Below are positions 1-9,268 of a stretch of DNA of 64,000 nt, piece by piece. Positions within the stretch are counted from its first letter, which is position 1. Every line of letters begins with the position of its first letter. The notes under the pieces are model-generated. The model worked only from the letters and a program-made list of their open reading frames with translations. It was not told the origin of the DNA and made no database searches. Both the position numbers and the translations under genes were made by a program. Source of the DNA: Mycobacterium sp. (GTDB lineage: Bacteria; Actinomycetota; Actinomycetes; Mycobacteriales; Mycobacteriaceae); assembly GCA_049683935.1 (NCBI GenBank), contig JBAUJR010000071.1. The stretch is one strand, 5' to 3'.

Positions 1-1339
1 CGAACACACACAATGCGTCGTCCACCCGTTCTGAGCGGCCCATGTAGCCGGCGATCATCGAGGCGCCACTGGTCCGCGCATGACCTTTGGCGAGAAGCTG
101 CCCGACGACTCCCGTGTAGTCGATGAGTGCCTTGGGGTCCATCGCATCCAGCGGGATGGTGCCCTTCATGTTGCGGAACTGACGCACGTAGAACTGCAGG
201 CCGTTGACAGTCGTCCAACCCAACAGCGGGTCGCTGACCGTCTGAAGGGCCTGCTGGTACTCGACCACGCGCTGGCCCTGATGTGCGTGCCACGCCGACT
301 CACCGTGCACGTAGCGCGCGAGCACCGAACGGCGGGCCTGCTTGAGTTGCAGGAAGACGACGTCCTCCGGTGATGATCCCTCCAGCAGCGCCACATACGC
401 GCGCAGACCGACGCTGCCGACGCCGACCACCTTGTGCGCGACGTCGAGCAAGGTGTAGCCGCCGAGAACCCGGCGCCAGTGGGTGGACAGGGTGGGCAGA
501 TAGTTGTCGAGCGCCTCGGCCAGGGCGTCCGCTTCGCGCGACGGCAGCCGGGTGATCAACGGTGACTCTTCGACGATCCGGCGGACGCCGTCGACCTCAC
601 GGGTGAAGCGGGGCAGCGCGCGGTCGCTGGTGCGATTGCGCGCCCGTTTGGCCGACCGTTTCACCTCGTCGGCGAGCGGACCGGCGGTTTCGCCGGCCAG
701 CCGGTCGACCTCCAATCGGGTGAACGAGCGCGAGAACAACGGCTCGTCGGCCAGTCGACGCAACTCCTGGTGGTAGGCCGCGACGCAGGAGCGCACCGCC
801 GAGCCACAGTCGTCCTCGGAGGCGCCATTGTGACGTCCCGCCACCCAGATGCTGGCCACCAACCGGCGCAGATCCCACTCCCACCCGCCTGGGTGCGCTT
901 CGTCGAAGTCGTTGAGATCGATCACCAGATCGCGCTCGGGTGAGGCGTAGAACCCGAAGTTGCCCAGATGGGAATCGCCGCAGACCACTGGTGTGATGCC
1001 GGTCGACGGGAGGTGGGCGACGTCGTCGGCCATCACCACGGCGGTGCCGCGCAGAAAGCCGTAGGGGGAAGCCACCATGCGGCCTACCCGGATCGGAATC
1101 AGGCGGTCCAGTCGACCCTGGTGATTGACCTCGATGAGATGCACCGGATCCGGCCGGTCCGGGGGCGCCGTCCACTCGGCCAGCGTCCGCCGAGGCACCC
1201 GTTTGCGCAGGCTCTTTCCGAGCGCGTACCGCTCCGCGCGGGTCACGGGTCGCTGTCGCAGTGAGTGATAGGCGCCGCTGTCGATCTCGGCAAGCACGGT
1301 ATGCCTGGCCGGCTGGGAACCCTCCACCGCGCTGCTCAC
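1..1339 (-). CDS. DUF2252-like protein; 3' end runs off the left edge of the window (absent from the supplied ORF track)
   Basis: Hand translation of the minus strand (codon first bases 1339, 1336, ...) is stop-free down to position 1. It reads GTG(1339) VSSAVEGSQPARHTVLAEIDSGAYHS...VVCGDSHLGNFGFYASPERDLVIDLNDFDEAHPGGWEWDLRRLVASIWVAGRHNG...YTGVVGQLLAKGHARTSGASMIAGYMGRSERVDDALCVF. The NDFDE and WD+RRL pattern is what I recall for DUF2252. The listed ORFs in this span (597..1379 -, 968..1264 +) are Arg/Gly/Pro-rich off-frame artefacts. Confidence 0.7.
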   Translation of the reverse strand, partial: MSSAVEGSQPARHTVLAEIDSGAYHSLRQRPVTRAERYALGKSLRKRVPRRTLAEWTAPPDRPDPVHLIEVNHQGRLDRLIPIRVGRMVASPYGFLRGTAVVMADDVAHLPSTGITPVVCGDSHLGNFGFYASPERDLVIDLNDFDEAHPGGWEWDLRRLVASIWVAGRHNGASEDDCGSAVRSCVAAYHQELRRLADEPLFSRSFTRLEVDRLAGETAGPLADEVKRSAKRARNRTSDRALPRFTREVDGVRRIVEESPLITRLPSREADALAEALDNYLPTLSTHWRRVLGGYTLLDVAHKVVGVGSVGLRAYVALLEGSSPEDVVFLQLKQARRSVLARYVHGESAWHAHQGQRVVEYQQALQTVSDPLLGWTTVNGLQFYVRQFRNMKGTIPLDAMDPKALIDYTGVVGQLLAKGHARTSGASMIAGYMGRSERVDDALCVF

Positions 1340-1464
1340 TGCGAACACCCCTCCCTCGTGGCTGAATTGCCGGTCCCATGGTGCGCCGGTCGGGCGGTGG
1401 TGTGGGGTGACTTCACCGAATCGGGGCTGATCTGTGCGTCCCGGAGCCCATCGACCACACTGAG

Positions 1465-2373
1465 GTGATGACGGAACTCGGCGCCACTCGCGTTGCGGTG
1501 TACCTCGACTTCGACAACATCGTGATCTCGCGGTACGACCAGGTGAATGGTCGCAACTCCTTCCAGCGCGACAAGGCCAAGGGCCTGGACGAGGATCCCG
1601 GCCGGCTCAGCCGGGCCACCGTCGATGTCGGGGCGATCATCGACTTCGCATCGTCGTTCGGCACCCTGGTGCTCACTCGCGCCTACGCCGACTGGTCGGC
1701 GGAGATCAACGCCGGATACCGCGGGCAACTGGTGGGGCGCGCTGTCGATCTGGTCCAACTGTTCCCCGCTGCGGCATACGGCAAGAACGGCGCGGATATC
1801 CGTCTGGCCGTTGACGCGGTCGAGGACATGTTCCGGTTGCCCGACCTCACCCACGTGGTGATCGTGGCCGGCGACTCCGACTACATCGCGCTGGCCCAGC
1901 GATGCAAACGGCTCGGGCGGTACGTGGTGGGCATCGGGGTGGCGGGCTCGTCGAGTCGCATGCTCGCCGCGGCATGCGACGAGTTCGTCACCTACGACAC
2001 GCTGCCCGGGATCCCGGTGTTCGAGCCCGTCGAGGTCGCCGAGGAGAAGCCCGCACCCAAGCGTAGGTCCGGAAAGTCCAAGTCCGCCGCGGCCGACCAG
2101 CAACTGCAGAGCGACGAGCCCGACCCGCCGGACCAGCAGGCTGCGGCCACCGGGCTGTTGACGCGGGCGCTGCGCATCGGCTTGGAGAAGGACGACGCCG
2201 ACTGGCTGCACAACTCCGCCGTGAAAGCTCAGATGAAGCGCATGGATCCGTCGTTCAGCGAAAAGTCTTTGGGATTCAAGTCCTTCAGCGACTTCCTGCG
2301 CTCGAGGTCCGACGTCGTCGAGCTCGATGAGAGCTCGACCACCCGGATGGTGCGGTTACGGGACAAGGCCTGA
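1465..2373 (+). CDS. NYN (LabA-like) domain protein with C-terminal OST-HTH/LOTUS-like domain
   Basis: 302-aa ORF starting GTG 1465 / ATG 1468. The N-terminus VAVYLDFDNI...VVIVAGDSDYIALAQRCKRLGRYVVGIG is the NYN/LabA pattern. A low-complexity linker follows. The C-terminus DADWLHNSAVKAQMKRMDPSFSEKSLGFKSFSDFLRSRSDVVEL resembles OST-HTH. Confidence 0.8.
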   Translation: MMTELGATRVAVYLDFDNIVISRYDQVNGRNSFQRDKAKGLDEDPGRLSRATVDVGAIIDFASSFGTLVLTRAYADWSAEINAGYRGQLVGRAVDLVQLFPAAAYGKNGADIRLAVDAVEDMFRLPDLTHVVIVAGDSDYIALAQRCKRLGRYVVGIGVAGSSSRMLAAACDEFVTYDTLPGIPVFEPVEVAEEKPAPKRRSGKSKSAAADQQLQSDEPDPPDQQAAATGLLTRALRIGLEKDDADWLHNSAVKAQMKRMDPSFSEKSLGFKSFSDFLRSRSDVVELDESSTTRMVRLRDKA

Positions 2374-2393
2374 ATCGCCGCGGTGACTCCTGC

Positions 2394-3122
2394 TCACCAG
2401 TGCAGCTCGGGCAGTTGGCGGAACACCTGACGGGTGCCTTCGCCCCAGGCTTGGCCCAGAGCACTGACATACGGGTCGCCGTCATGGAATCTGCGACGCA
2501 ATTTCACCTCGACGCTGTCCCGTTCATAACAGATGAGGTCGATCGGCATCCCTACCGACAGGTTGCTGCGCATGGTCGAATCAAAGGACACCAGTACACA
2601 CTTGGTGGCGTCGGTGAGGGAGGTGTCGGAGGAGACGACCCGATCGAGGATGGGTTTGCCGTACTTGGTTTCGCCGGACTGCAGGAAAAGCGTGTCCGGC
2701 CCGGCCTCGATGAAATTGCCTTCGGCATAGATCCGGAACAACCGCATCGGCTCCCCGGCGAGCTGGCCGCCGACGATGAACGAGGCGTTGAACCCGCCTT
2801 TGGTCCGCCGCAGGTATTCGGCGTCGCGTTGCTCGGTCTCCCGCATCGCATCAGAGATCAACCTCACGACGTCGAACATCGTCCGGGCACCCAGCACATT
2901 GCTCTCCGCGGCGCCGTCGGCACAGCGCTGGGTCAACAGGCTGACGATCGCCTGGGTGCCGGCCAGGTTTCCCGAACTCAGCAGGACGATGACGCGGTCC
3001 CCGGGACGCTCGAAAACGGTCATTTTGCCGAACTTTGCGAAGTTGTCGACGCCGGCGTTCGTCCGGGAATCCGACGCGAAGATGATGCCCTCGTCGAGCA
3101 TCACGCCGATGCAGTAGGTCAC
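2394..3122 (-). CDS. Proteasome-type Ntn protease (Anbu / COG3484-like)
   Basis: 242-aa ORF with GTG start at 3122. The N-terminus M-TYCIGVMLDEGIIFASDSRTNAGVDNFAKFGKM puts Thr directly after the initiator Met, as expected for an N-terminal nucleophile. This matches my recollection of Anbu-type sequences. Confidence 0.7.
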   Translation of the reverse strand: MTYCIGVMLDEGIIFASDSRTNAGVDNFAKFGKMTVFERPGDRVIVLLSSGNLAGTQAIVSLLTQRCADGAAESNVLGARTMFDVVRLISDAMRETEQRDAEYLRRTKGGFNASFIVGGQLAGEPMRLFRIYAEGNFIEAGPDTLFLQSGETKYGKPILDRVVSSDTSLTDATKCVLVSFDSTMRSNLSVGMPIDLICYERDSVEVKLRRRFHDGDPYVSALGQAWGEGTRQVFRQLPELHW

Positions 3123-3124
3123 GT

Positions 3125-3192
3125 GACGCGTCTGCGATTCATCAGAGATTCCCGTTCATGAGACGCGTGATTCTGGCGGGCGACAGACGCGT
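3125..3192. promoter_or_regulatory. Three copies of GACGCGT (each contains the ACGCGT palindrome) in the divergent Anbu/SnoaL intergenic region
   Basis: GACGCGT occurs at 3125-3131, 3162-3168 and 3186-3192. The first copy is part of the 8-bp palindrome GACGCGTC, 3 bp from the GTG start at 3122. TTCATCAGA and TTCATGAGA half-repeats lie between the copies. A TANNNT box (TAGGCT, 3280-3285) sits 8 nt before the ATG at 3294. Confidence 0.3.
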
Positions 3193-3293
3193 AGGCGGGC
3201 GATTACGATTCGGAGTTGATACCGCCCAGATGCCTTTGGAGAGTTCCAGCTTACGCCGCTGCTCGCGGCGTCACGCGACTAGGCTGAGGCGCG

Positions 3294-3839
3294 ATGGCAC
3301 CCTCAGAATCGCTGCTGCAGGAAATGTTCGACGAATTCGAGTTGCGCAGGCTCGTCCACAGCTACTGCCGCGCCGTCGATCGTGGCGACATCGCTGCGCT
3401 TCGTGATCTCTACCATGACGATGCACAGGACGACCACGGCGCCTTCTCAGCGGGGTCCGCCGCTGAGTTCCTCGACCAGCTCGTCGCGGCTCGGCCCTAC
3501 ATCCGGTCCATGCAGCACCACATCACCACGGTGAACTTCGCCATCAGCGCGGATCGCGCCGAAGGCGAGATCTACACCATCTCGAACCACACGTTCGTCG
3601 CGGGAGGTCACGACGTCGATGTCGTCGTGGGCGGCCGCTACCTGGACAAGTACGAGAAACGCACCGGTACATGGAAGTTCAGCGACCGCAGGATCGTCAC
3701 CGATTGGGCGCATGTCCATGATCCGTCCACCGTCGACATGAGCCACCCGATCACCAGGGACACCCCTAAGGGCAGCCCCGGGGCCGACGATCCCGCGCAC
3801 GGGTTCTTCACGCTGTTGACCGGCAGTGCCCGCCCCTGA
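3294..3839 (+). CDS. SnoaL-like / NTF2-fold protein
   Basis: 181-aa ORF. LRRLVHSYCRAVDRGDIAALRDLYHDDAQDDHG...RYLDKYEKRTGTWKFSDRRIV is the typical SnoaL_4 pattern. Confidence 0.75.
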   Translation: MAPSESLLQEMFDEFELRRLVHSYCRAVDRGDIAALRDLYHDDAQDDHGAFSAGSAAEFLDQLVAARPYIRSMQHHITTVNFAISADRAEGEIYTISNHTFVAGGHDVDVVVGGRYLDKYEKRTGTWKFSDRRIVTDWAHVHDPSTVDMSHPITRDTPKGSPGADDPAHGFFTLLTGSARP

Positions 3840-4952
3840 TCAGGACACCGAGGTGGGTGCTCGCGACAGTGTCACCAGTTCGGCTTGTGGCCGGGCCGGC
3901 ACCTGCTCGACATGGAACCAGCGAAAGGCGAGGTTGCCACGCGGATAATCCACCGTGGAAACCGAATTCGGATGCTCGGTCCTGCCTTTGGAGATGACGA
4001 TGGTCACCGAACCGTCGCTGTTGGGAACCGCGGTGCGTGCGTTGACCGAGACCCGGGCGTCGGTGACGATGTGTCCACCCATGAACTGGTTCCACACCAC
4101 CATGTTCCAGAACCTGCAGACAGGTGGGTGATGAGTGACCACGAGTGCCTCGTCGTCCTCGAGGACGAAGCTACCGTAGGAGTAACAGGCATCACGGGCC
4201 GACCATCCGAAATTGCTGTCCCCCACCTGGTACGGATCACCGAATTCGTTTGCCACCTGTGAGGTTTCGTGACCGAGAGCGTGACCTTCGTCGACGCGGG
4301 CGCCGACGGCGAGCGGTACGATCGCGAACATGGTGCGTAGCCAGGCCGCGCAGGCCCGCAGCGCCGCCGCCGTTTCGTCGTCTCCGTGCCGGATCGGGTC
4401 AGGCTCCTCGAGTGCCTCGATCTTCCAGCTGACCGGGCGGCCGACCAGCGGGTCGACCTGATAGTCGCGGGTCACCAGCACGGCCATCTGCGGTAGCGGA
4501 CCGATCTCGAACGAGAAGTCACCGTTCACGTCGACGGCCCCTGAGCTCTCCAGATCGCTGTCGTTGACGATCTTCACCACCCGGTCCGACCAGGTCCCGG
4601 GAGTGGGTTCGTTGTAGGCGGTGACCGAGAAGTACACGCTGTCACCACGATTGCCGCTGATCCGGTACCGACGTCGGTCGTCGACCGGGCACATGTGGTA
4701 CCACGCGTCGGTGTTGTCACCACCCCAGCGCCGGTCCCGACGAAACGGCGTGTTGAGTTCGACGAACTGAGGTCTGCTCGGCTCGGGGAACAGGTAGGTG
4801 TCGAACGCCACTCCGAGCGTGGTGGCCAGCATCCGGTACCCGTCGGCGAGGTGGCGGTCGTCGGTGACGGCCCGGTCCCCCTCGAGGAAGCTGCGATCCA
4901 GCCCTCCGAGCGTCTCGATCAGTTCCCGCCACGCTGCGGTGGATTCGGTCAT
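3840..4952 (-). CDS. Conserved hypothetical protein, DUF1214-like
   Basis: 370-aa ORF with normal composition. RWGGDNTDAWYHMCPV...YRISGNRGDSVYFSVTAYN and CRFWNMVVWN resemble DUF1214 signatures from memory. It is translationally linked to the upstream TetR gene (4-nt overlap at 4949-4952). Confidence 0.6.
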   Translation of the reverse strand: MTESTAAWRELIETLGGLDRSFLEGDRAVTDDRHLADGYRMLATTLGVAFDTYLFPEPSRPQFVELNTPFRRDRRWGGDNTDAWYHMCPVDDRRRYRISGNRGDSVYFSVTAYNEPTPGTWSDRVVKIVNDSDLESSGAVDVNGDFSFEIGPLPQMAVLVTRDYQVDPLVGRPVSWKIEALEEPDPIRHGDDETAAALRACAAWLRTMFAIVPLAVGARVDEGHALGHETSQVANEFGDPYQVGDSNFGWSARDACYSYGSFVLEDDEALVVTHHPPVCRFWNMVVWNQFMGGHIVTDARVSVNARTAVPNSDGSVTIVISKGRTEHPNSVSTVDYPRGNLAFRWFHVEQVPARPQAELVTLSRAPTSVS

Positions 4953-5524
4953 GCGCGTATTCCTCTCAGGATCAGGGCGGCGGCTCGGTCCATCCAGCCG
5001 TCGTCGAGGGCAGTCCCCCGGGCCAGCAGCGACACCAGGGCGATTCCGGTGACAGCCTCGGCCAACTCATCGGCCGTCACCTCGGAGCGGATCTCCCCAC
5101 GGTCGGCCGCACCTGCCAGGAAGTCACCGAGGCCGCGGGTGATGATGTCGCCGAACCGGGTCAGCAGCGCGGCGTGCAGGGTCGGGTCGGCCGCCATCTC
5201 CCCGATCAGACCGGGCAGCGCCGCGCGGGCAGGTGGCGCTGACAGCACGCCGGCGACGCGGCGCACCATCTCCCGGATGTCGTCGGGAAGGGATCCGGTG
5301 GAGGGGATCTCGGTCGACTCACCGATCGGGAACACCGCTTCGTGAACCAGATGGGCCTTGCTCGGCCAGCGCCGGTAGATGGCGGGCTTGCTGGTTCGGG
5401 CTCGCCGGGCTATCGCGTCGACCGACAACTCGGCGTACGGGATCTCGCCGATCAACTCGACGGTCGCGGTCAGCACCGCGTCGTCGATCAGCTGATTCCG
5501 GGGGCGTCCCAGGTCTGTTCTCAT
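4949..5524 (-). CDS. TetR family transcriptional regulator
   Basis: 191 aa. The N-terminal HTH is AELSVDAIARRARTSKPAIYRRWPSKAHLVHEAV. Confidence 0.9.
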   Translation of the reverse strand: MRTDLGRPRNQLIDDAVLTATVELIGEIPYAELSVDAIARRARTSKPAIYRRWPSKAHLVHEAVFPIGESTEIPSTGSLPDDIREMVRRVAGVLSAPPARAALPGLIGEMAADPTLHAALLTRFGDIITRGLGDFLAGAADRGEIRSEVTADELAEAVTGIALVSLLARGTALDDGWMDRAAALILRGIRA

Positions 5525-5552
5525 TACGTAACGCAGAGTAACATAACTGGCC
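5524..5552. promoter_or_regulatory. AT-rich 28-bp divergent intergenic spacer with palindrome TTACGTAA and GTAAC-N5-GTAAC repeat (candidate TetR operator; leaderless arrangement likely)
   Basis: TTACGTAA lies at 5524-5531 and GTAAC at 5528-5532 and 5538-5542. The TetR ATG ends at 5524 and the sulfotransferase GTG begins at 5553, which leaves too little room for two leaders. Confidence 0.35.
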
Positions 5553-6800
5553 GTGACCGAACCTCCAGGCGATCTGATCGTGCTCGACGACCTGTCTGCT
5601 CCGCGTTATAGCGCTGAGGCACAACAGATTCGCGATCTGATGACACCCCTCGCGGCTGACTGCGCGCTGGACTCCGACGTGTTGCACCGCCATGCGCGCG
5701 AGGCGACCGGGCTCGACGACTTCGGACCCGATGACTACCGCGACCGCCTCGACCGTTATCTGGTGGCGCTCAACGACATCGAGGACATGCACACCCCCGG
5801 GGTGGTGAACTTCTTCAGCCAACTCTCCCAGTGGCTGAAAAATCGGCTACTCCTCACCGATCTCCTCACCCGCCACCCCGAGATCCACGACGTCGAACTC
5901 GTTCCGCCGGTGGTGATCGCCGGCCTGCCGCGCACCGGCACCACCCATCTCCACAATCTGCTCGCCGCCGGCCCGACATTCCGCACCATGCAGTACTGGG
6001 AGAGCGTCGAACCGTTCCCCCTGCCGTCGGAGGCCGGAATCGAGCCGGATCCGAGGCGGGCCCGCATGGATGTGGCACTGTCGATGATGGACCTGATGAT
6101 GCCGCATTTTCGCAGCATGCACGAGATGACCACCGATCATGTGCACGAGGAGATCCAGCTCCTCGCCAATGACTTCTCCACCATGCTGATGGAGACGCTG
6201 GCGCATGTGCCGACGTGGCGTGACCACTATCTGGAGTTGGATCAGACGCCTCACTACGAGTACATGGCAACACAACTCAAAGCGATGCAGTTCCTGCGCG
6301 GTGGGCGGCGCTGGCTGTTGAAATCACCGCAGCACCTCGAACAGTTGCCCGTGCTGAACCGGGTCTTCCCGGGTCTGGTCGTCGTCTGCACCCACCGAGA
6401 TCCCGTTCCGGTGGCGCTGTCGATGGTGGCGATGGTCGCGTACTCCTCACGGATGTACAGTGCCGCCCCGCCGGTGCGCGAGATCGGGGCGTCGTGGGTG
6501 AACCGACTCGACCTGTTGCTGTCCGCGATGGTGCGCGACCGCGAGGTCATCCCTCCTGATCGGTCGATGGACGTCCGATTCGACGATTACATGTCCGACC
6601 AGATCGGGGTCGCCGAAAGGGTTTACGCGGTGGCGGGCGAGCCGATGACCGACGACGACCGGATCGCGATCGACGGCTATCTCGCCGAGCACAAGCGCAA
6701 CCGGTTCGGCAGGGTCCAGACCTCCTGCGACATGTTCGGCATCGACGAACACGACCTCCGGGAGAGGTTCGCGCCCTACGCGCAACGATTCCTCAACTGA
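5553..6800 (+). CDS. Sulfotransferase family protein
   Basis: 415 aa. The PAPS-binding 5'-PSB-like motif is GLPRTGTTHLHNLLA, followed downstream by RWLLKSPQHL. Confidence 0.8.
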   Translation: MTEPPGDLIVLDDLSAPRYSAEAQQIRDLMTPLAADCALDSDVLHRHAREATGLDDFGPDDYRDRLDRYLVALNDIEDMHTPGVVNFFSQLSQWLKNRLLLTDLLTRHPEIHDVELVPPVVIAGLPRTGTTHLHNLLAAGPTFRTMQYWESVEPFPLPSEAGIEPDPRRARMDVALSMMDLMMPHFRSMHEMTTDHVHEEIQLLANDFSTMLMETLAHVPTWRDHYLELDQTPHYEYMATQLKAMQFLRGGRRWLLKSPQHLEQLPVLNRVFPGLVVVCTHRDPVPVALSMVAMVAYSSRMYSAAPPVREIGASWVNRLDLLLSAMVRDREVIPPDRSMDVRFDDYMSDQIGVAERVYAVAGEPMTDDDRIAIDGYLAEHKRNRFGRVQTSCDMFGIDEHDLRERFAPYAQRFLN

Positions 6801-6811
6801 GCGAACAGTTT

Positions 6812-9058
6812 TCAGGAAGCAGTGACCGGATCCTCTTGCTCTTCGCCCTGAGTCTCCACCAGCAGGGACATGCCGTGCAGCGGCGTCAACTCGACGGCAA
6901 AACTGTGCAGGTCGTCGACGGTGGCCAGTTCGGTGCCGGTGAACATGTCCGACACCCGCGCGCCCGGGGGCAGATGGTCTGACCGGACTGTTCCCGCACT
7001 GGGCTCGTTGGCGAAGTTCAGCACGGTCAGCTGCAACCGTCCCTGCCCTTCGAGCTCATGGACGAGCACCAGCATTCCCCGGTGGGACACCTCGGGGATG
7101 TCGAGCTGACGGCTGGTCGCGACTCCGTAGTGGGATCTGACCTTCAGGATCGCTTGCAGCTGTCGGATGAAGCTGGTGTCGTCGGCGAGCTGCTCGGGGA
7201 TCGAACCGTAGAGGCTCCGGCCGCGCGGCATGCCGGCACTGGACTGCTGAGCCTGCGGGTTGGTTCCCATCAGGTCGTGCGCGGCGCGGTTGATCCAGCG
7301 GGTGTCCCCGCCGGCGATGAGTTCGGACACCTTTCCCGTGGGAAGCGTCAGCATTCCGCACAGATCCCAGCCGGACAGCGCGAACACCCCTGGCTGCAGG
7401 GCGTTGAACATCGCGAGCAGCAGATGCGCGCGCCGGATCAGGTCGATGTCGTCGATGGTGTCGAGGTCGCGGACGCCCAGCGCCGCGGCCACCACCGTCG
7501 CGGTCGTGCAGGCGATGCCGTTGGTGGTGAAGACCCGGTTGTAGGGCGCGTTCGCCCCGGTCAGCTGGTCCGTCAGGTCGCCGCGCACCGAGGCGGCGAT
7601 CTGTTCACCGGTGAGCTCTGCGCCCTTGTAGCTGTAGATGTCGTCGCGGTGACCGTTCTCCCAGTGGAGCAGTTCGTAGGTCAGTTCATCGTGGTTCTGC
7701 AACGCGTGCACCAGAGACGCCGGGTCGACACCCAATTCGAGAGTGGTGCGCAGCGTTAGCCGGAGGAACTCGGTGTCGGCGGTCGCGAGCGCGTGATGGT
7801 AGGCGGGACGATTGACGAAGTCATACGAGAGGTCGGCGCCCGCCTCACCGATCTGACGGATGTCGTCGATGGTGAGATTCAGTTCCTGGAATGTGAAGCC
7901 GCCGACTTTGCGCACCATGCTCGCGATGAGGTGGTTGGCGGCCTCCGAGAGCGGATGACCCTCGGACCACGCGGTGCTGCCCTCGGATGCGGCCTTTTCC
8001 ACGCCCAGGAAACCGTTGGCGTCCAGCCGCAGCGCCCCTGTTCCGAGGTCGGCCAACGAGTGCAGGGCATCACCGATGACCATCCGCATCCCGGCGAACG
8101 AGGGATCCAGCCAGTTGATCGACGGCTGACCGTCCTTGAAGTAGTGCAGATACACCCATCGCCGCGCGACCCCGTCGATGCCGGTGACCGCGCGGGTGAC
8201 ACTCCAGTTCGTCTCCTTGACGCCTTCGGCGTAGAAGATGACCCGCTGCAGGCGCCCGATGATGTAGCCCGCCTTGTCCAGCCACTCTTCGGTCGCCGCA
8301 TCGATGTTCACCGAATCCGCGCCGCCGGGCACCTCGGGCAGTTCATGCCAGTCGCGCGGGTCGATCTCGACCATGTGATAGATGCCCGGGTAGTCGGCGT
8401 ACTTCATCTCGGCGAGCCGGAAGTCGGCACCCTTGCCCGTGTGACCGGGCACGATGTCGTCGATGATGGTTCCGCCGTACCAGGTTGCGGTGGAACACAT
8501 TTGACGGAACTCCTCTTCGGTTCCGAATGCCGGGTCGATCTGGGTGCTGATCCGGTCGAAGTGGCCGTCCACGCTCGGCGTGTGCTGCCAGCCCGCGATC
8601 CCGCCGGCCCGCTTCACCGGACCGGTGTGGACCGCCTCGATGCCGATCTCGGCGAAGGCCTGCCACATGTCCTCGTTGGCCATGGCCTTGAGAAACGATT
8701 CATCGGCCCGGGTGATGAGCGACAACGGGTAGGCCGTGAACCACACCGACGCGGTGTCCACCGCGGCGCGCGGGTTCGGCGTGGCGAACGGGTTCTGCCA
8801 CATCGAGCCCTGACCGGAGAACTGCTGGCTGATCTCGTTGGCGTCGGCGAGCATCGACTGGGCGCGCAACCACTCCACGTAGGCGGGATTGCTGCCGTTC
8901 GCGGGTCCGTCCTGCGTGACGGACCGGCGGGCGAACGGCGCTTTGACCCGCGGCCGGTACCGCAGCGTCCGCGGACGCGCGGGGTGAAGGTGTTCGGCGA
9001 ACGTCGGCTCGACCGGGTCGGGAGCCTCCTCGTCACCGAAGTCCTCCAACTCCGACAT
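6812..9058 (-). CDS. GH13 alpha-amylase-family enzyme (TreY/TreS-like transglycosidase or hydrolase)
   Basis: The ORF runs to 9091, but the ATG at 9058 is preceded by GAAGGAGAGG. GH13 regions are readable: DDIVPGHTG (region I, Gly where Asn is usual), ALRLDANGF (II, nucleophile Asp), FTFQELN (III, Glu) and ALQNHDELT (IV). Confidence 0.75.
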   Translation of the reverse strand: MSELEDFGDEEAPDPVEPTFAEHLHPARPRTLRYRPRVKAPFARRSVTQDGPANGSNPAYVEWLRAQSMLADANEISQQFSGQGSMWQNPFATPNPRAAVDTASVWFTAYPLSLITRADESFLKAMANEDMWQAFAEIGIEAVHTGPVKRAGGIAGWQHTPSVDGHFDRISTQIDPAFGTEEEFRQMCSTATWYGGTIIDDIVPGHTGKGADFRLAEMKYADYPGIYHMVEIDPRDWHELPEVPGGADSVNIDAATEEWLDKAGYIIGRLQRVIFYAEGVKETNWSVTRAVTGIDGVARRWVYLHYFKDGQPSINWLDPSFAGMRMVIGDALHSLADLGTGALRLDANGFLGVEKAASEGSTAWSEGHPLSEAANHLIASMVRKVGGFTFQELNLTIDDIRQIGEAGADLSYDFVNRPAYHHALATADTEFLRLTLRTTLELGVDPASLVHALQNHDELTYELLHWENGHRDDIYSYKGAELTGEQIAASVRGDLTDQLTGANAPYNRVFTTNGIACTTATVVAAALGVRDLDTIDDIDLIRRAHLLLAMFNALQPGVFALSGWDLCGMLTLPTGKVSELIAGGDTRWINRAAHDLMGTNPQAQQSSAGMPRGRSLYGSIPEQLADDTSFIRQLQAILKVRSHYGVATSRQLDIPEVSHRGMLVLVHELEGQGRLQLTVLNFANEPSAGTVRSDHLPPGARVSDMFTGTELATVDDLHSFAVELTPLHGMSLLVETQGEEQEDPVTAS

Positions 9059-9268
9059 GGGCCTCTCCTTCTCAGTTCTTGCAGTGCGCACGCAGCAGCC
9101 GCAACGCGATCATGGCCGTATTGCCACCTGACCGCATACGGAAACGCCGTCGGCCTTCAGGATCGATCACCCCCAAAGTAGAGGAACTCGGTGGGAAAAC
9201 CCTCCCGGCGGATTCCACGCTCCCCGAAACGCGGCCAAGAACTGCTCGCTTACGGCCACAATGTGCGA

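Noticed and set aside
597-2211. Long minus-strand ORFs 597..1379 and 1336..2211 (260 and 291 aa)
   Set aside because: They have extreme Arg/Gly/Pro composition and no motifs. They lie off-frame or antisense to the DUF2252 gene (hand-translated, motif-bearing) and the NYN gene. This is the typical high-GC shadow-ORF artefact. The same reasoning applies to 7793..9181 +, 11868..13124 -, 20890..22137 +, 30133..31641 +, 33691..34782 -, 38359..39591 -, 40426..41865 +, 41997..43112 -, 43155..44282 -, 45418..46437 -, 48206..49144 -, 50228..51064 + and similar entries.
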